From an uncultured archaeon (GTDB lineage: Archaea; Thermoproteota; Nitrososphaeria; Nitrososphaerales; Gagatemarchaeaceae), in assembly GCA_963799775.1 (NCBI GenBank), contig CAWCYD010000002.1, positions 224,001 to 288,000 on the forward strand: a stretch of DNA of 64,000 bases, in the 5' to 3' direction. The notes beneath the pieces are model-generated. The model made no database searches and had not been told where the DNA came from. It saw only the letters and a list, made by a program, of their open reading frames with translations. Made by a program: the position numbers and the translations under genes. Numbering within the stretch: position 1 is the stretch's first letter; every line of letters starts with the position of its first letter. Shown here in pieces: positions 1 through 9,760 of the stretch.

Positions 1-146
1 CACCTGAAAGACCTCTTCGTCCCGTCGGCCACCCTGCTCGAGCTCATGCCCGTAGCGTCCTCTGTCCAAGCTGCCAATACATCGAGTCGAGACGCAGTAG
101 CCCTACGTGAGCGCAGGTAGAGAGTTGCGGGTTAGTTAATTCCCTT

Positions 147-185
147 CCCCTTGTGTGTTTTTTGGACCGTTTTCTAGGTCTATAC
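147..185 (+). repeat. 39-bp direct repeat, copy 1 (copy 2 at 1598-1636)
   Basis: ccccttgtgtgttttttggaccgttttctaggtctatac vs ccccttgtgtgttttttggaccattttcatggtctatac, 36/39 identical. Confidence 0.9.
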
Positions 186-258
186 GGCTGCCGCTTCGCT
201 GAAACGCTCGACTTTCAGCCTGGTCGACGCGGGAAGGCGGGCTGGGCGGTGCCTCACA

Positions 259-1482
259 CTAGGGAGGAGAGTGACCGGTGCAGTAGAACTTCCTTTGAAC
301 GAGTCCCTTCGAAAAGACGTGCTGGTCGCATAGTCCCTTTCCACAAACAAGGCATGCTTTGCCGTGCTTTTCGCACGCCAGGTCGCCACACTCCTCGCAA
401 ATCCGCTCGGGCGCACGTCCGTCTTCCGGCCTGACGCTGCAACGAGAGAACCCGTCATCAAGAATCTTTCCGGTCGCCGCTTGGATCATTCTTCGGTACC
501 GCTTGTCGCGATAAGAATAGGTCACGAACAAGAGCGGGATTTCTACGAACCTGGCGTAAAGCAAGCCCACGTCGTTCACCCGGGGTCTAACGGTCGCTTG
601 TTGCGAGACAGTTCTTCGATTGCTTCCGTAGCCGTGCGTGGTCTCGTAAGTGTATTGACGGGAGATCCCTTTTGTCAGTTCGATTTGTGCGATTCGCCGG
701 GCGTCGCTCTCGCTTAACTTCGGAGGCGACACGTCGACCCTGGAAAACTTGATGCCCTCAAACGCCAAGGTTTTGGGAACTGTTGTGCTCGCGATGTTAC
801 TACAAACCGCGAGGTGACCGAAGTTAGGCAGGGCAGGGCTTGTTCCCGTTTCGCAGAACGAATCAACGACATCGCCCCGCAGCGCGTCAACCACGACCAA
901 ACCCTTGCTCTCAAGATTCACGAGCTGGAAGTTGACCCGGTCCTGTGTAAAGCAATGGTACCCCAGAAAATAGTAGGGAGCATACGTGAGAACTGTATCC
1001 GAAGGCTGCAGGAGCCTGTGGTTCAACAGGTGCGTAGGTGCGAGGACGGCTCCGAGAGACCTTATCAGAGGGAGGGCATTAGGAATCTCCTCCGAAGAGA
1101 GCTTATCGTGAACCAGCTTGTCTTTCAAGGTCGAGGAATCCCATACCTCCAGCCCCCTCCCTTTGGCGTATTCTAGCGCTGGTATGGTGAATCCTCCTGT
1201 AGATACAAACACGCCTTTTGCATAGCCCAGAGACGATAGCTTGTCGTTGAAGTTCCTGATGTCTTCGATTCCAATAGGCGCAACATGGTTCTTGCACTCC
1301 ACAGCGATTGTGAAGGTTCCAATGGGTTCTTGCCTCCGCCCCAAGACGTCAATTTCGTGTTCGATTCCCAATTTGTCCTTGGGCCTGATTCTTGTCTGGA
1401 CTTCGTAACCCCATCCCCTGAGAAGCCCCGCCACAATATCCTCTAAGGAAGTGCCCTTTGCGACGGCCTCTACCTCGTCCAT
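259..1482 (-). CDS. Mrr-like (type IV) restriction endonuclease domain protein with C-terminal Cys/His zinc fingers
   Basis: N-terminal LE..VA.LL..WGY, EIDV..AVECKN, GVFVSTGGFT..A (Mrr_cat PD-(D/E)xK pattern); C-terminal CEECGDLACEKH..CLVCGKGLCDQH..CTGH. Start placed at MDEVE (ORF track extends to 1584). Confidence 0.8.
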   Translation of the reverse strand: MDEVEAVAKGTSLEDIVAGLLRGWGYEVQTRIRPKDKLGIEHEIDVLGRRQEPIGTFTIAVECKNHVAPIGIEDIRNFNDKLSSLGYAKGVFVSTGGFTIPALEYAKGRGLEVWDSSTLKDKLVHDKLSSEEIPNALPLIRSLGAVLAPTHLLNHRLLQPSDTVLTYAPYYFLGYHCFTQDRVNFQLVNLESKGLVVVDALRGDVVDSFCETGTSPALPNFGHLAVCSNIASTTVPKTLAFEGIKFSRVDVSPPKLSESDARRIAQIELTKGISRQYTYETTHGYGSNRRTVSQQATVRPRVNDVGLLYARFVEIPLLFVTYSYRDKRYRRMIQAATGKILDDGFSRCSVRPEDGRAPERICEECGDLACEKHGKACLVCGKGLCDQHVFSKGLVQRKFYCTGHSPP

Positions 1483-1597
1483 ATGGAAGACAATAAGAAA
1501 ATTACGCATTTGAGCATTATGAACGCCAACTTCTACGCAGTTTGACCACCAAAAGGGGATATTCCCTTCAATGATTTTCGCCACTTTCGATAGCCTC

Positions 1598-1636
1598 CCC
1601 CTTGTGTGTTTTTTGGACCATTTTCATGGTCTATAC
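1598..1636 (+). repeat. 39-bp direct repeat, copy 2
   Basis: Matches 147-185 at 36/39. Confidence 0.9.
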
Positions 1637-1693
1637 CGACATCCTGCCAGCCGCAAGAGCTGGGCAGACTCCGCCTCCCTTGGCTCGCGGCTT

Positions 1694-1849
1694 TGGCAAC
1701 GCGGCAGAGCAGGGTTGCCAAATTACGGGTCGAACGTTGCCAAAACCCGTCCTGGGGTTGCCAAAACCGAGGCAGGAGGTTGCCAAATCGCCATCCAGGG
1801 TTGCCATTTGGATCGCGGGGTTGCCAACAGCCGTCCCGAGAATGGCAAC
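1694..1849. repeat. Iteron-like array: six direct GTTGCCA heptamers at 20-22 bp spacing, flanked by two inverted copies
   Basis: GTTGCCA at 1714, 1736, 1757, 1779, 1800, 1820; TGGCAAC at 1694 and 1843. Confidence 0.85.
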
Positions 1850-2054
1850 CTGCCCGACCCGCGTTAAATGCTGACCAGGCCTTTGAAGCCGTATTCCATC
1901 TTTCTCTCTTTTTGCGTACGGCACTTGAAGGTCTGGCGCGAGCGGACGCCATCGAACTGCCGGTCACGGGGCGAAGAGGTAGTCCTCTGCAACTACAGTC
2001 CGTCAGGTTTTTGACAGCTAAAATAGAAGCCCGTGTTTACTAAGAGATACTGAT

Positions 2055-2423
2055 ATGCCAGAGATGACAGAAAGCCTGCTCAAACGGAACCTCTACTCGG
2101 TGTTCAACGAGCGTGACGCAGAAAAACGCCGTGCCGCTATCGCGAATATCTGGACTGCTGACGGGGTCTTCATCGATCTTGACGGGCCTCATCACGGCCA
2201 AGCAGAATTGGATGAGACGGCCGCAAGCCTCCATGATCAGTTCCCCGGATATCTCTTTACTGTACTCGGTCCGATACAAGCGTTTCACGGCGTCGGGCGC
2301 TTTTCGTGGGCATTTGGGCCACCGAGCGAACCGATGAAGATTACGGGGATGGACGTGGGTGTCGTCACCGGAGGGCGAATGAGCGCCCTTTACACCTTCA
2401 TCGACCCTCCGAAAGACGACTGA
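2055..2423 (+). CDS. SnoaL-like/NTF2-family protein
   Basis: VFNERDAEKRRAAIA.IW..DG.F.D, GR.SW.FGP, G.D motif pattern typical of SnoaL_2. Confidence 0.8.
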   Translation: MPEMTESLLKRNLYSVFNERDAEKRRAAIANIWTADGVFIDLDGPHHGQAELDETAASLHDQFPGYLFTVLGPIQAFHGVGRFSWAFGPPSEPMKITGMDVGVVTGGRMSALYTFIDPPKDD

Positions 2424-2541
2424 AGGCTGACCACGACAAAGGCGAAATCACCCAGTTTGGGATACGCTCGCGGATCGCCCGTCAACGGGACAGGTGGGAT
2501 GCTCGCAGAAGATAAGGCGAAGGAAAGCCACAGCCACTAGC

Positions 2542-3517
2542 ATGTATGCCGCGCTAGACCTGCACGAGAAATCGATACAGTGCGTCCTCAAGGACGACGC
2601 TGGAAAGGTGATGAGGGAGTCGAAGGTGGCGAAGGACGAAGAAAAGATACTGGAATTCCTCGACGGCACAAATGCGAGCGTCGTCATGGAGTCCGGGTAC
2701 AACCATCAGCACATCCGCGACGTGCTGAAGGAGAAGGGATACGACGTGAAGGTCGCGCATCCGCTGATGGTGAAGGCCATCGCCTACGCAAAGGTGAAGA
2801 CGGACAAGGTCGACGCGAGGACGCTGGCGGACCTGCTGAGGGCGGACATGATACCCGAGTCCTACGTGCCGGACGAGAAGACCAGGGAGGTCAGGGACCT
2901 CGTCGAGGAGGAGGCATCACCTCGTCGAGACGCGCACCGGGTTCAAGAGCAAGGTGAAGGCGGAGCTCGCGAAGCGATGGGTGAAGCACGAGGGCGACGT
3001 CTTCACGCGGGAAGGGAGGAAGTTCCTGAGGTCCCTCCACATCGACGCGGTGGACGACTACATGGACACCATCGAGTTCCTGGACGGGAAGATCGGGGAG
3101 CTCGACCTGAAGGTGAAGGGGGTCGCCCTGCAGGACAAGTATGCGAAGCTCCTCGTCACGATACCCGGCGTCTCCCACTACTCGGCCCTCCTGATATCGA
3201 GCGAGATCGCAGACGTGAACAGATTCGCCGACCACGAGCACCTCTGCTCGTACGCAGGCCTCGTGCCAGGGTTGAGACAGTCGGCGGACAAGAGCCACTC
3301 GACACCCAACAGGACGAGGAGCGTGATGCTGAACTGGATAATGGTCCAGTGCACGCGCGTCCACGTGAGGTGGTGCGACTCCTCGATAACGAAATTCTAC
3401 GTGGAGCTCGCGAAGAGGAGGGGCGAGAAGGTGGCGATCGTGGCCGCAGCGAGGAAGCTCATGCGGGCCATGTACATCATGCTGAAGGAGGAACAGACCT
3501 TCAGGCTGGACGGCTGA
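2542..3517 (+). CDS. IS110-family transposase/recombinase (one frameshift near 2905)
   Basis: ALDLH, VMES, KTDKVDA (DEDD RuvC); TIPGVS..A..I.SEI.D..RF, SYAGLVP...QS, VAAARKL; split across ORFs 2494-3531 and 2954-3517. Confidence 0.95.
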
Positions 3518-4024
3518 GCAAAAAGAGCTAGAGCCCGTTAGGTTCTTGCGCCTCAGAGCGCGTGGAACAGGTTGGGCCACAGGCTACCGCGAAAGCCACA
3601 ATGCTCCAAAGAGAGCGAATGGGAGAATGCCCTCCGTCCAGCATAAATATGCAGAACACGACGACATGGGAGACCTTCAGGCTGGACGGCTGAGCAAAAA
3701 GAGCTAGAGCCCGTTAGGTTCTTGCGCCTCAGAGCGCGTGGAACAGGTTGGGCCACAGGCTACCGCGAAAGCCACAATGCTCCAAAGAGAGCGAATGGGA
3801 GAATGCCCTTCCGTCCAGCATAAATATGCAGAACACGACGACATGGGAGACCTTCAGGCTGGACGGCTGAGCAAAAAGAGCTAGAGCCCGTTAGGTTCTT
3901 GCGCCTCAGAGCGCGTGGAACAGGTTGGGCCACAGGCTACCGCGAAAGCCACAATGCTCCAAAGAGAGCGAATGGGAGAATGCCCTTCCGTCCAGCATAA
4001 ATATGCAGAACACGACGACATGGG
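3495..4024 (+). repeat. Three tandem 176-177 bp copies of transposase 3' tail plus non-coding right end
   Basis: Units start at 3495, 3671, 3848; identical except one T missing in copy 1. Confidence 0.97.
3518..3670 (+). ncRNA. Putative IS110 bridge/seek RNA region (first of three copies)
   Basis: Non-coding, hairpin-rich right end; GGTTCT (3541) and ACAGGT (3567) flank a GCGC-ctcaga-GCGC hairpin and match the two IS flanks. Confidence 0.55.
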
Positions 4025-4444
4025 AGAACCCAAACCCGAGCGCGGCAACCTTATCAGGACGGGACCAGGTCGGGAGGCCAAGGGCATGGAACCTAAGCAG
4101 GAAGAGGAGAAGAGGAAGCCGTCAAGGGCCGAACTCGAGAGGCTGGCTGTAAAGTTGAGTGAACAACTGCAGGGCAAGCTGAAGGGTCACGTGGACGGAG
4201 ACGCCGAGGAGTACCTCTTCAGGACGATGGAGAAGAAAAGGCCGGGTTCCTCATCGCAGCGACGGGCCTTGAGTTCGGCGCTGACTCGGCCATAACCACC
4301 TACAGGAAGTCCGCGAAGCTCGGCATCGTGCCGGTCTTCTGATCCCGTTGCGGATATTATTCATATCCGCCTCTCTTCTTTTTTTGGCCCGTTTTTTCTG
4401 CCTCGCTACCAGCCTAGCCACCCTCTCGGTGGGTTCTGGCTGGT

Positions 4445-4603
4445 CTACGCCTTCTCTATCACGACCCGCTTGCCTTCTATCCTGGCGACCAGCTCCTCGA
4501 GGGGCTTGAAGGGGAAGGCGCTGTCCCTGACAAGCTCCGATGGCAGGTTGATGCTGTGCCTCCCGCCTGACACATAGATCTTGACCTTTGCCTGGGCTGT
4601 CAA
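4445..4603 (-). CDS. Small AbrB/MazE/SpoVT-like DNA-binding protein (52 aa, not in ORF track)
   Basis: MTAQAKVKIYVSGGRHSINLPSELVRDSAFPFKPLEELVARIEGKRVVIEKA; TATA-like ttatat upstream. Confidence 0.7.
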   Translation of the reverse strand: MTAQAKVKIYVSGGRHSINLPSELVRDSAFPFKPLEELVARIEGKRVVIEKA

Positions 4604-4720
4604 CGGGTGCCGCTCACGTATGTACGCGATATAATACTTGGGTGGCTTCGCCGGTATGTATGCCGTTATATCCCTACCTCGTCAGGAAGCTCGTTGATGG
4701 GTCGATATCGGAGATTTACT

Positions 4721-7700
4721 TTACATGGGTTCCGGACCGGCCTGACTGGAGGCATTAGCGTCTGCCTTTTCCTGATTTGCTGACCGCATCGTGTTAGCCA
4801 GAGCCTTTATTGCGGAATAAGCGCCATTCTGGAAGCGCTCGACCATATGGAGTCTCTCGGCAGGGTCCGAGATTCCTAGTATTCTCAATACTCCATCATC
4901 TAGCTCCAGCCTGAAAGAAGCAGGGGATTCGAGTTGCTCCAATAATGAGGGGACTTTGCGCTTGCTGAGTTTTTCCCAGAGAGCCTCTATTGCTTGAAAG
5001 TCCTTTTCAGTGAGTTTAGAGACATCAGGAACTGGGCACCTATCCATCGCATATTCTTCGAGATCCATGTATGTTCCTCTGGTAATGCGTGCTCTGCCAA
5101 GATAGGAGACTATGAATGGAGACGAGTTGAACCAGAGACATAGGAATTTCTCTTGTGCCGCGTTGGAAATTCCGGTGAAGTATTTTCCTTTGATCACTAC
5201 GAACGCAGGTTGTTCGTGTCTAACACAAATGAATGCCGTCCCCTTTGCAGCCCAGTCCACTCGCCACATCATTAGCAATCTTGAAGAGCCTCTAGTGACC
5301 ATTTGACTCCATCCCTTCCGGAGTCTTCTCAGAATTTGGTCGGCTTCGTGTGGGGGGTAGTAGGTTTGGATTAGTCTTTCTATTAGGGGTGTTATTTCGG
5401 CAACGCAGAAATCTGATTCGTCAGAGACGTCGAGAGATTTCAGGTAGGAAAAACGCCTAATCGCTGGGACCATGATTGACGTGGGTATCTCGTAAACGGA
5501 ACTTGTGACTCGGTCTTGGGCCACAACTTTGTCTGCGGTCGTCCTGCTAGCAAATAATCTGTCAGTTTCTTGCTTTATGGATCGCTGCCTTGTGCGAGAT
5601 ACGATGACAGCTTTGGGCCCATAACTTGAAAAGTTCCTTCCACTGAATACACATTCAGTTGCTTCGATTCCAGCAGTGGTAGTCAGCTGACCAAATTGGA
5701 TTAAGGGGATGGTCGACTTGTCGATGAGTTTTTGGAGCTGTGCGTTTGCCAAATCGTATTCTTCGAGGAGGCTGAGATAAAGTCCCGATAGGGTTCGGGA
5801 TTCCGGCAGCAATTCCTGTTGGGGAACGACGCGGCGAATTGAAAAATGGTCTTGACCTTCCTTGGATAGCTTGAGCTGGTCCACCAACTTGCTGAGGTCC
5901 CTGCTCTGTCCACTCATCGGGTGGTTTCCGCGTTCCGATTATCATGAAATCTCTGTCAGGAGCAGGTTTCTGTTTGCTGGCGACCAATAGACACTCCGTC
6001 AGACTCGTGTCTTCGCTATATGCGGCTCTTCCAAGGCTGAGGAAAATAGCTTGGACGGAGTAATGGGTTAGGAAATACCGCACGAATGGGTGAAATGATT
6101 TGGCAGTGAACGTGGTAAGAGGAAGTACCGCCCCCACTCGTCCTTTGGGATTGAGGAAGATGTCAGCGAGGAAAAGAAAGAACAGTTGTTGGCTTGGCTT
6201 GAAGAAGATTAACGGTTTGTATTTAGCGATGCGGGAGAAGCTCTGAGCGAGACCGTCTCTATATCGCGGATCCATGTTATCCCAAGAAGTAAAGGGCGGG
6301 TTCATTATCAGGACGTCTACATGGTTCACGGCGAATCCTTTCGCTTCAGAACGGCGCATCCTTACTGTTCTCGTTCTCGCCGGAATCTCAAGATTATCGA
6401 AATCTGATTCCAGGGTAGTTTGGTGAAATTCGGATGGCAAGGCCTCGCCAGTTGTTGGGACGATAGAGCCTGGGCGAAGCAATGTGGAATCGGTGGTGCC
6501 TATCCGAACGTGGTCAGTCTCCTTCAGTGGTTGCTGAATGGCCAAGTTGACCGCAGCCAAATGACCTGAAAACGCCATCGCATCTATTCCGGTGATTTGT
6601 TCCTCTACGAACTTCCTGTGGAGGTCGAATTGGTCACCTTTGGCCAAGGCTAGTTTGCGCTTGTAGGACGCCACCAGGAGCGTCCCACTACCGCAAGCTG
6701 GGTCCATGATGGAATCGTCGGCAGTTTCGACGACGCAGGCAGCGAGCAATGCTGCGGGATTGGGATTGGTGTAGTGGGCTCCTAGTGGCTTGCGGATATC
6801 GAGGGGAATTAGACTCTGAAAGACTTGGCCGGCCAAGTCGATTGATCTTAGCTTTGGGGAGAGGGACATGATGGCTGTAGCGACATCCCTACAAGCAAGT
6901 TTAGACTTCTGGCCTTTGAATAACTGTGAGACTTTTATCCCATAAACGGGTTCATAGTCTTGTTCCCTGACTCGGTCGAAGTATACCTGAAGCTTCTCGG
7001 GAGAGCCCGCATCTTCGAGGGTGATGCTCTTGTATTTTCCATCGCCCTTCCTTTCAGATTCCCGCGATAGCAATGAATAGAATAAGACCTGGTTGACGAA
7101 AAGGAAAGCTGCGCCTAGCCTGAGAATTCGAGGTCTTTGCTCCTTTGGAATTTGGGCAGCCAATACAGAACGGAAGAAATGATGTCCGCCGAATTCCTTT
7201 TCGAGCTCTTGATGAGGAACGCCCCTCAATGTGTCGCCGAGGTTGAGCGCGGCGGCTCTGAGTAGTCTCCGGGCTTCAACTTGGGTCGGCTCCGCTCTCT
7301 TCTGGACTTCGGCAAATTCACCACGAAGGGCTTTGGATATTTCTTCAACAAGTTCTTCGAATGACGTTAAGATTCTTGGAATCTCATCATGAAGTGTTGT
7401 GCGAGCGAGGATGTGAAGTATGAAATTGTGCTCATGTTTTGCGGGATAAACGACCGCGAATACCTCGCCCAGCTCTTTTCCGGTGAGTTCCTCGGTGAGA
7501 GGGATTTGCTGAGAATACTCCTGCGCAGTGACCAAGGCGTCGATTTCGTGGTTCATGCCAAGCTTGGCGCTCAAAATATGAATCAGCCCATTGTAGACGG
7601 CGATGTCCGGCTTCTTGATTCGATGTTCGCCACCTAGCGAGAGATGAAAGACCGGGCTGGGGCCTTCGGCATTGAAACCCTTGTCGCGCAATGCAGCCGC

Positions 7701-7739
7701 GAGGCGCCCGGTCCAGGGGTCTTCGGTTCGACTTGACAT
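4721..7739 (-). CDS. Fused restriction-modification enzyme (type IIG/IIL-like N6-adenine MTase + nuclease + TRD), frameshift near 5915
   Basis: LGAHYT, DPACGSGTLL (motif I), MNPPF (motif IV); N-terminal KPDI..ILSAK; C-terminal LWFNS...LD..V..ILG specificity-like region. Confidence 0.85.
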
Positions 7740-7873
7740 TGCGGAGTTATGCGCCACAGTTGGCTCGCAAGAGAATGATATAAAATGAAAGTTTGTTTGA
7801 AAGCTGAAGATCATTGGAAATTGTTAGCGGGAGAGAAAGAGGGTTTGGGAGAAAAATCGAAGATTTGTCGCCC

Positions 7874-7891
7874 CCGAAGCGCCGGAGGCGC
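7874..7891. repeat. Short GC-rich hairpin element, also at 42549-42571
   Basis: ccgaagcgccggaggcgc vs ccgaagcgccgaaggcgc, 17/18 identical. Confidence 0.7.
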
Positions 7892-7926
7892 GAGGGCTCT
7901 CTTTCATTCAAAGGTAATGTGACAGG

Positions 7927-9012
7927 TCAGACTGCGCCTAGGTTTTGGAGGAGCTGCGAGAGAGAGGTTTTTTCTCCCTGGTCGTTCGACGCCGCAAGTC
8001 GCTTCCACGCGTCATTCTCAAACTTAGCAAGGTACTTGTCCTTTCTCTTCCCGTGATATGTTGAACTTGCTTGGCTTGAACCTTGGAAGTAATTTATTAT
8101 CGGAAAAACACTATTGGGGTTGGGAAAGACTTTCCAAGCATACTCGTAAATCTCATCATCGAAGTCTCCAATGTTGTACCTTCCGAGAAGTTCCAAGGCC
8201 ATGGCCTTTTCACCAGAAGATCTGGCGTCGTCCAGAATTTGTTGTTTTAGTAATTGTGAATATTTCTTCTCGTGAGCCGCTTCCAGTTTGTTAGACGTTC
8301 GATACAGTGCATTGACAAAGTCAGAAATTGGTTTCTCTTGGACCGGAATTTCTTTGTTCGACACCAGGCCGAAGACAAGATCGATCATTTGTAAATCGTA
8401 CTTACTCTCGGCAAGTAGCTTACAAATTGCTCTGACAGCTAGGAAGCGAGTGTTGGGATTTTCAAGTTTTGGGTAATAGTATCCTTCAGCCCTCTTCCGA
8501 ATTTCGTTCAAATTAGCGTCCCTCAGAATATCCTTTGGTTCACTAGCTCTCCTCAAGTTGCTGATCAGTTTGGAGTAAATCCTGAGGGTTCTGACCGAGA
8601 TTCGATGGTAGACCGAAACCCCTGTAATGTCATTCAGTATCTTCGTCCAAGATTCAATTTCGATGGGGACCTCATCGTTTAGTTTCTCGCGGACCTTTTG
8701 GAATAATGGAATGCCGCTGATAATGCTCTCGTAATCTTGCTTTGTGGGATTCTCGAGCAGTCGATTTGCCAATTCCGTCAATTCAAAGGTGTCCCTCCGT
8801 CCATGCAAGAGACCGTACCGAACGAGCGATGCTATCTTCTGCCTGAACATCCCACTGTTTGGCGATTTGTGTCCCTCGGCCAGTGCGAAGGCTATCATCC
8901 TGCTACGCTCGACCTTTCCGCCGAAGTCATGAGCTATGTCAGATATCATTTTCCGAGCTTGTTCGATGTCGATGTCTGGATAGAGAAACTGCGTCTTTGG
9001 GATTTGGCCCAT
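7927..9012 (-). CDS. Hypothetical protein, probable N-terminal winged helix and helical C-terminus
   Basis: 361-aa ORF; KIASLVRYGLL...FELTELA wHTH-like pattern. Confidence 0.6.
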   Translation of the reverse strand: MGQIPKTQFLYPDIDIEQARKMISDIAHDFGGKVERSRMIAFALAEGHKSPNSGMFRQKIASLVRYGLLHGRRDTFELTELANRLLENPTKQDYESIISGIPLFQKVREKLNDEVPIEIESWTKILNDITGVSVYHRISVRTLRIYSKLISNLRRASEPKDILRDANLNEIRKRAEGYYYPKLENPNTRFLAVRAICKLLAESKYDLQMIDLVFGLVSNKEIPVQEKPISDFVNALYRTSNKLEAAHEKKYSQLLKQQILDDARSSGEKAMALELLGRYNIGDFDDEIYEYAWKVFPNPNSVFPIINYFQGSSQASSTYHGKRKDKYLAKFENDAWKRLAASNDQGEKTSLSQLLQNLGAV

Positions 9013-9760
9013 ACTGAAGTATCGACTCGAAAACTGCGGCTATTTATGGTTTCACTGAAGATGAACAGTCAACCGTCACTGGAAAGGCACAGTGCATTTA
9101 TATTGTGGCCGGCGACACCAAATGGTAACATGGGGGAAGGCAACCCTTCTCGTCGAAGCAAGTTCCCAGTTTCAAGGAGGCGGCGCGATCGGGAATGGGC
9201 CTACGAACTATTGACCCTCTACGTCGTTTCGTTCGGAGTGGCGACGGCAATAATCCTATCCGGAATTGATTCTTTATTGAAGATAGTATTGATTCTAGTC
9301 TTCTTGGTTGGATTGCTCGCAGCTTCTCTAATCATGGTTGTAGTTCGAAGGTAGTGGGTGCCCAACGGGACAACCGCGGACAACTCCGGAGGAGACCTCC
9401 AGAATAGGAGCAAAGACCATTGGAGCATAAATATCAAGGCGGTATACCATTCCGTTGATGATGAAGCCTGCGCACGACAAAAGCAGGTTCCATACGGATA
9501 ACCGGATGAATCCCTTCCGACTCAGTTGACTTTGATTATGTGACGCAAGATCCGGTTATCTGCCCGAATTTGAATGTAATCAAGTGTAAGAACCTGCAAC
9601 CGCACCTATCGCTACGCAGCAAATCCGCCGGACCCTGATGATGCCACGACGGGATCCGGAACGCATCTCATGTTGCCAGGCATTCATAATGTGTTTTTAG
9701 TAGGTCAGATTCCCCTAATCTCTTTAGCCGCATCCCGTTGAGGCTTATACAGGGGGCAGG

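Larger units (their letters stand above)
2495..4025 (+). mobile_element. IS110-family insertion sequence with triplicated right non-coding end
   Basis: Transposase CDS plus TGGGA direct repeat at 2495-2499 and 4021-4025 (inferred ends); no terminal inverted repeats seen. Confidence 0.75.

Noticed and set aside
1694-1849. GTTGCCA array as a mini-CRISPR
   Set aside because: Repeat is only 7-10 bp with 13-15 bp spacers, far below CRISPR dimensions
3495-4024. Tandem 177-bp repeats as a CRISPR array
   Set aside because: Units are identical along their full length with no unique spacers, and there are no cas genes
3915-4295. 126-aa ORF starting inside the third IS repeat
   Set aside because: Its N-terminus is IS non-coding sequence; at most a short host ORF from about 4087 is real, and its function cannot be supported
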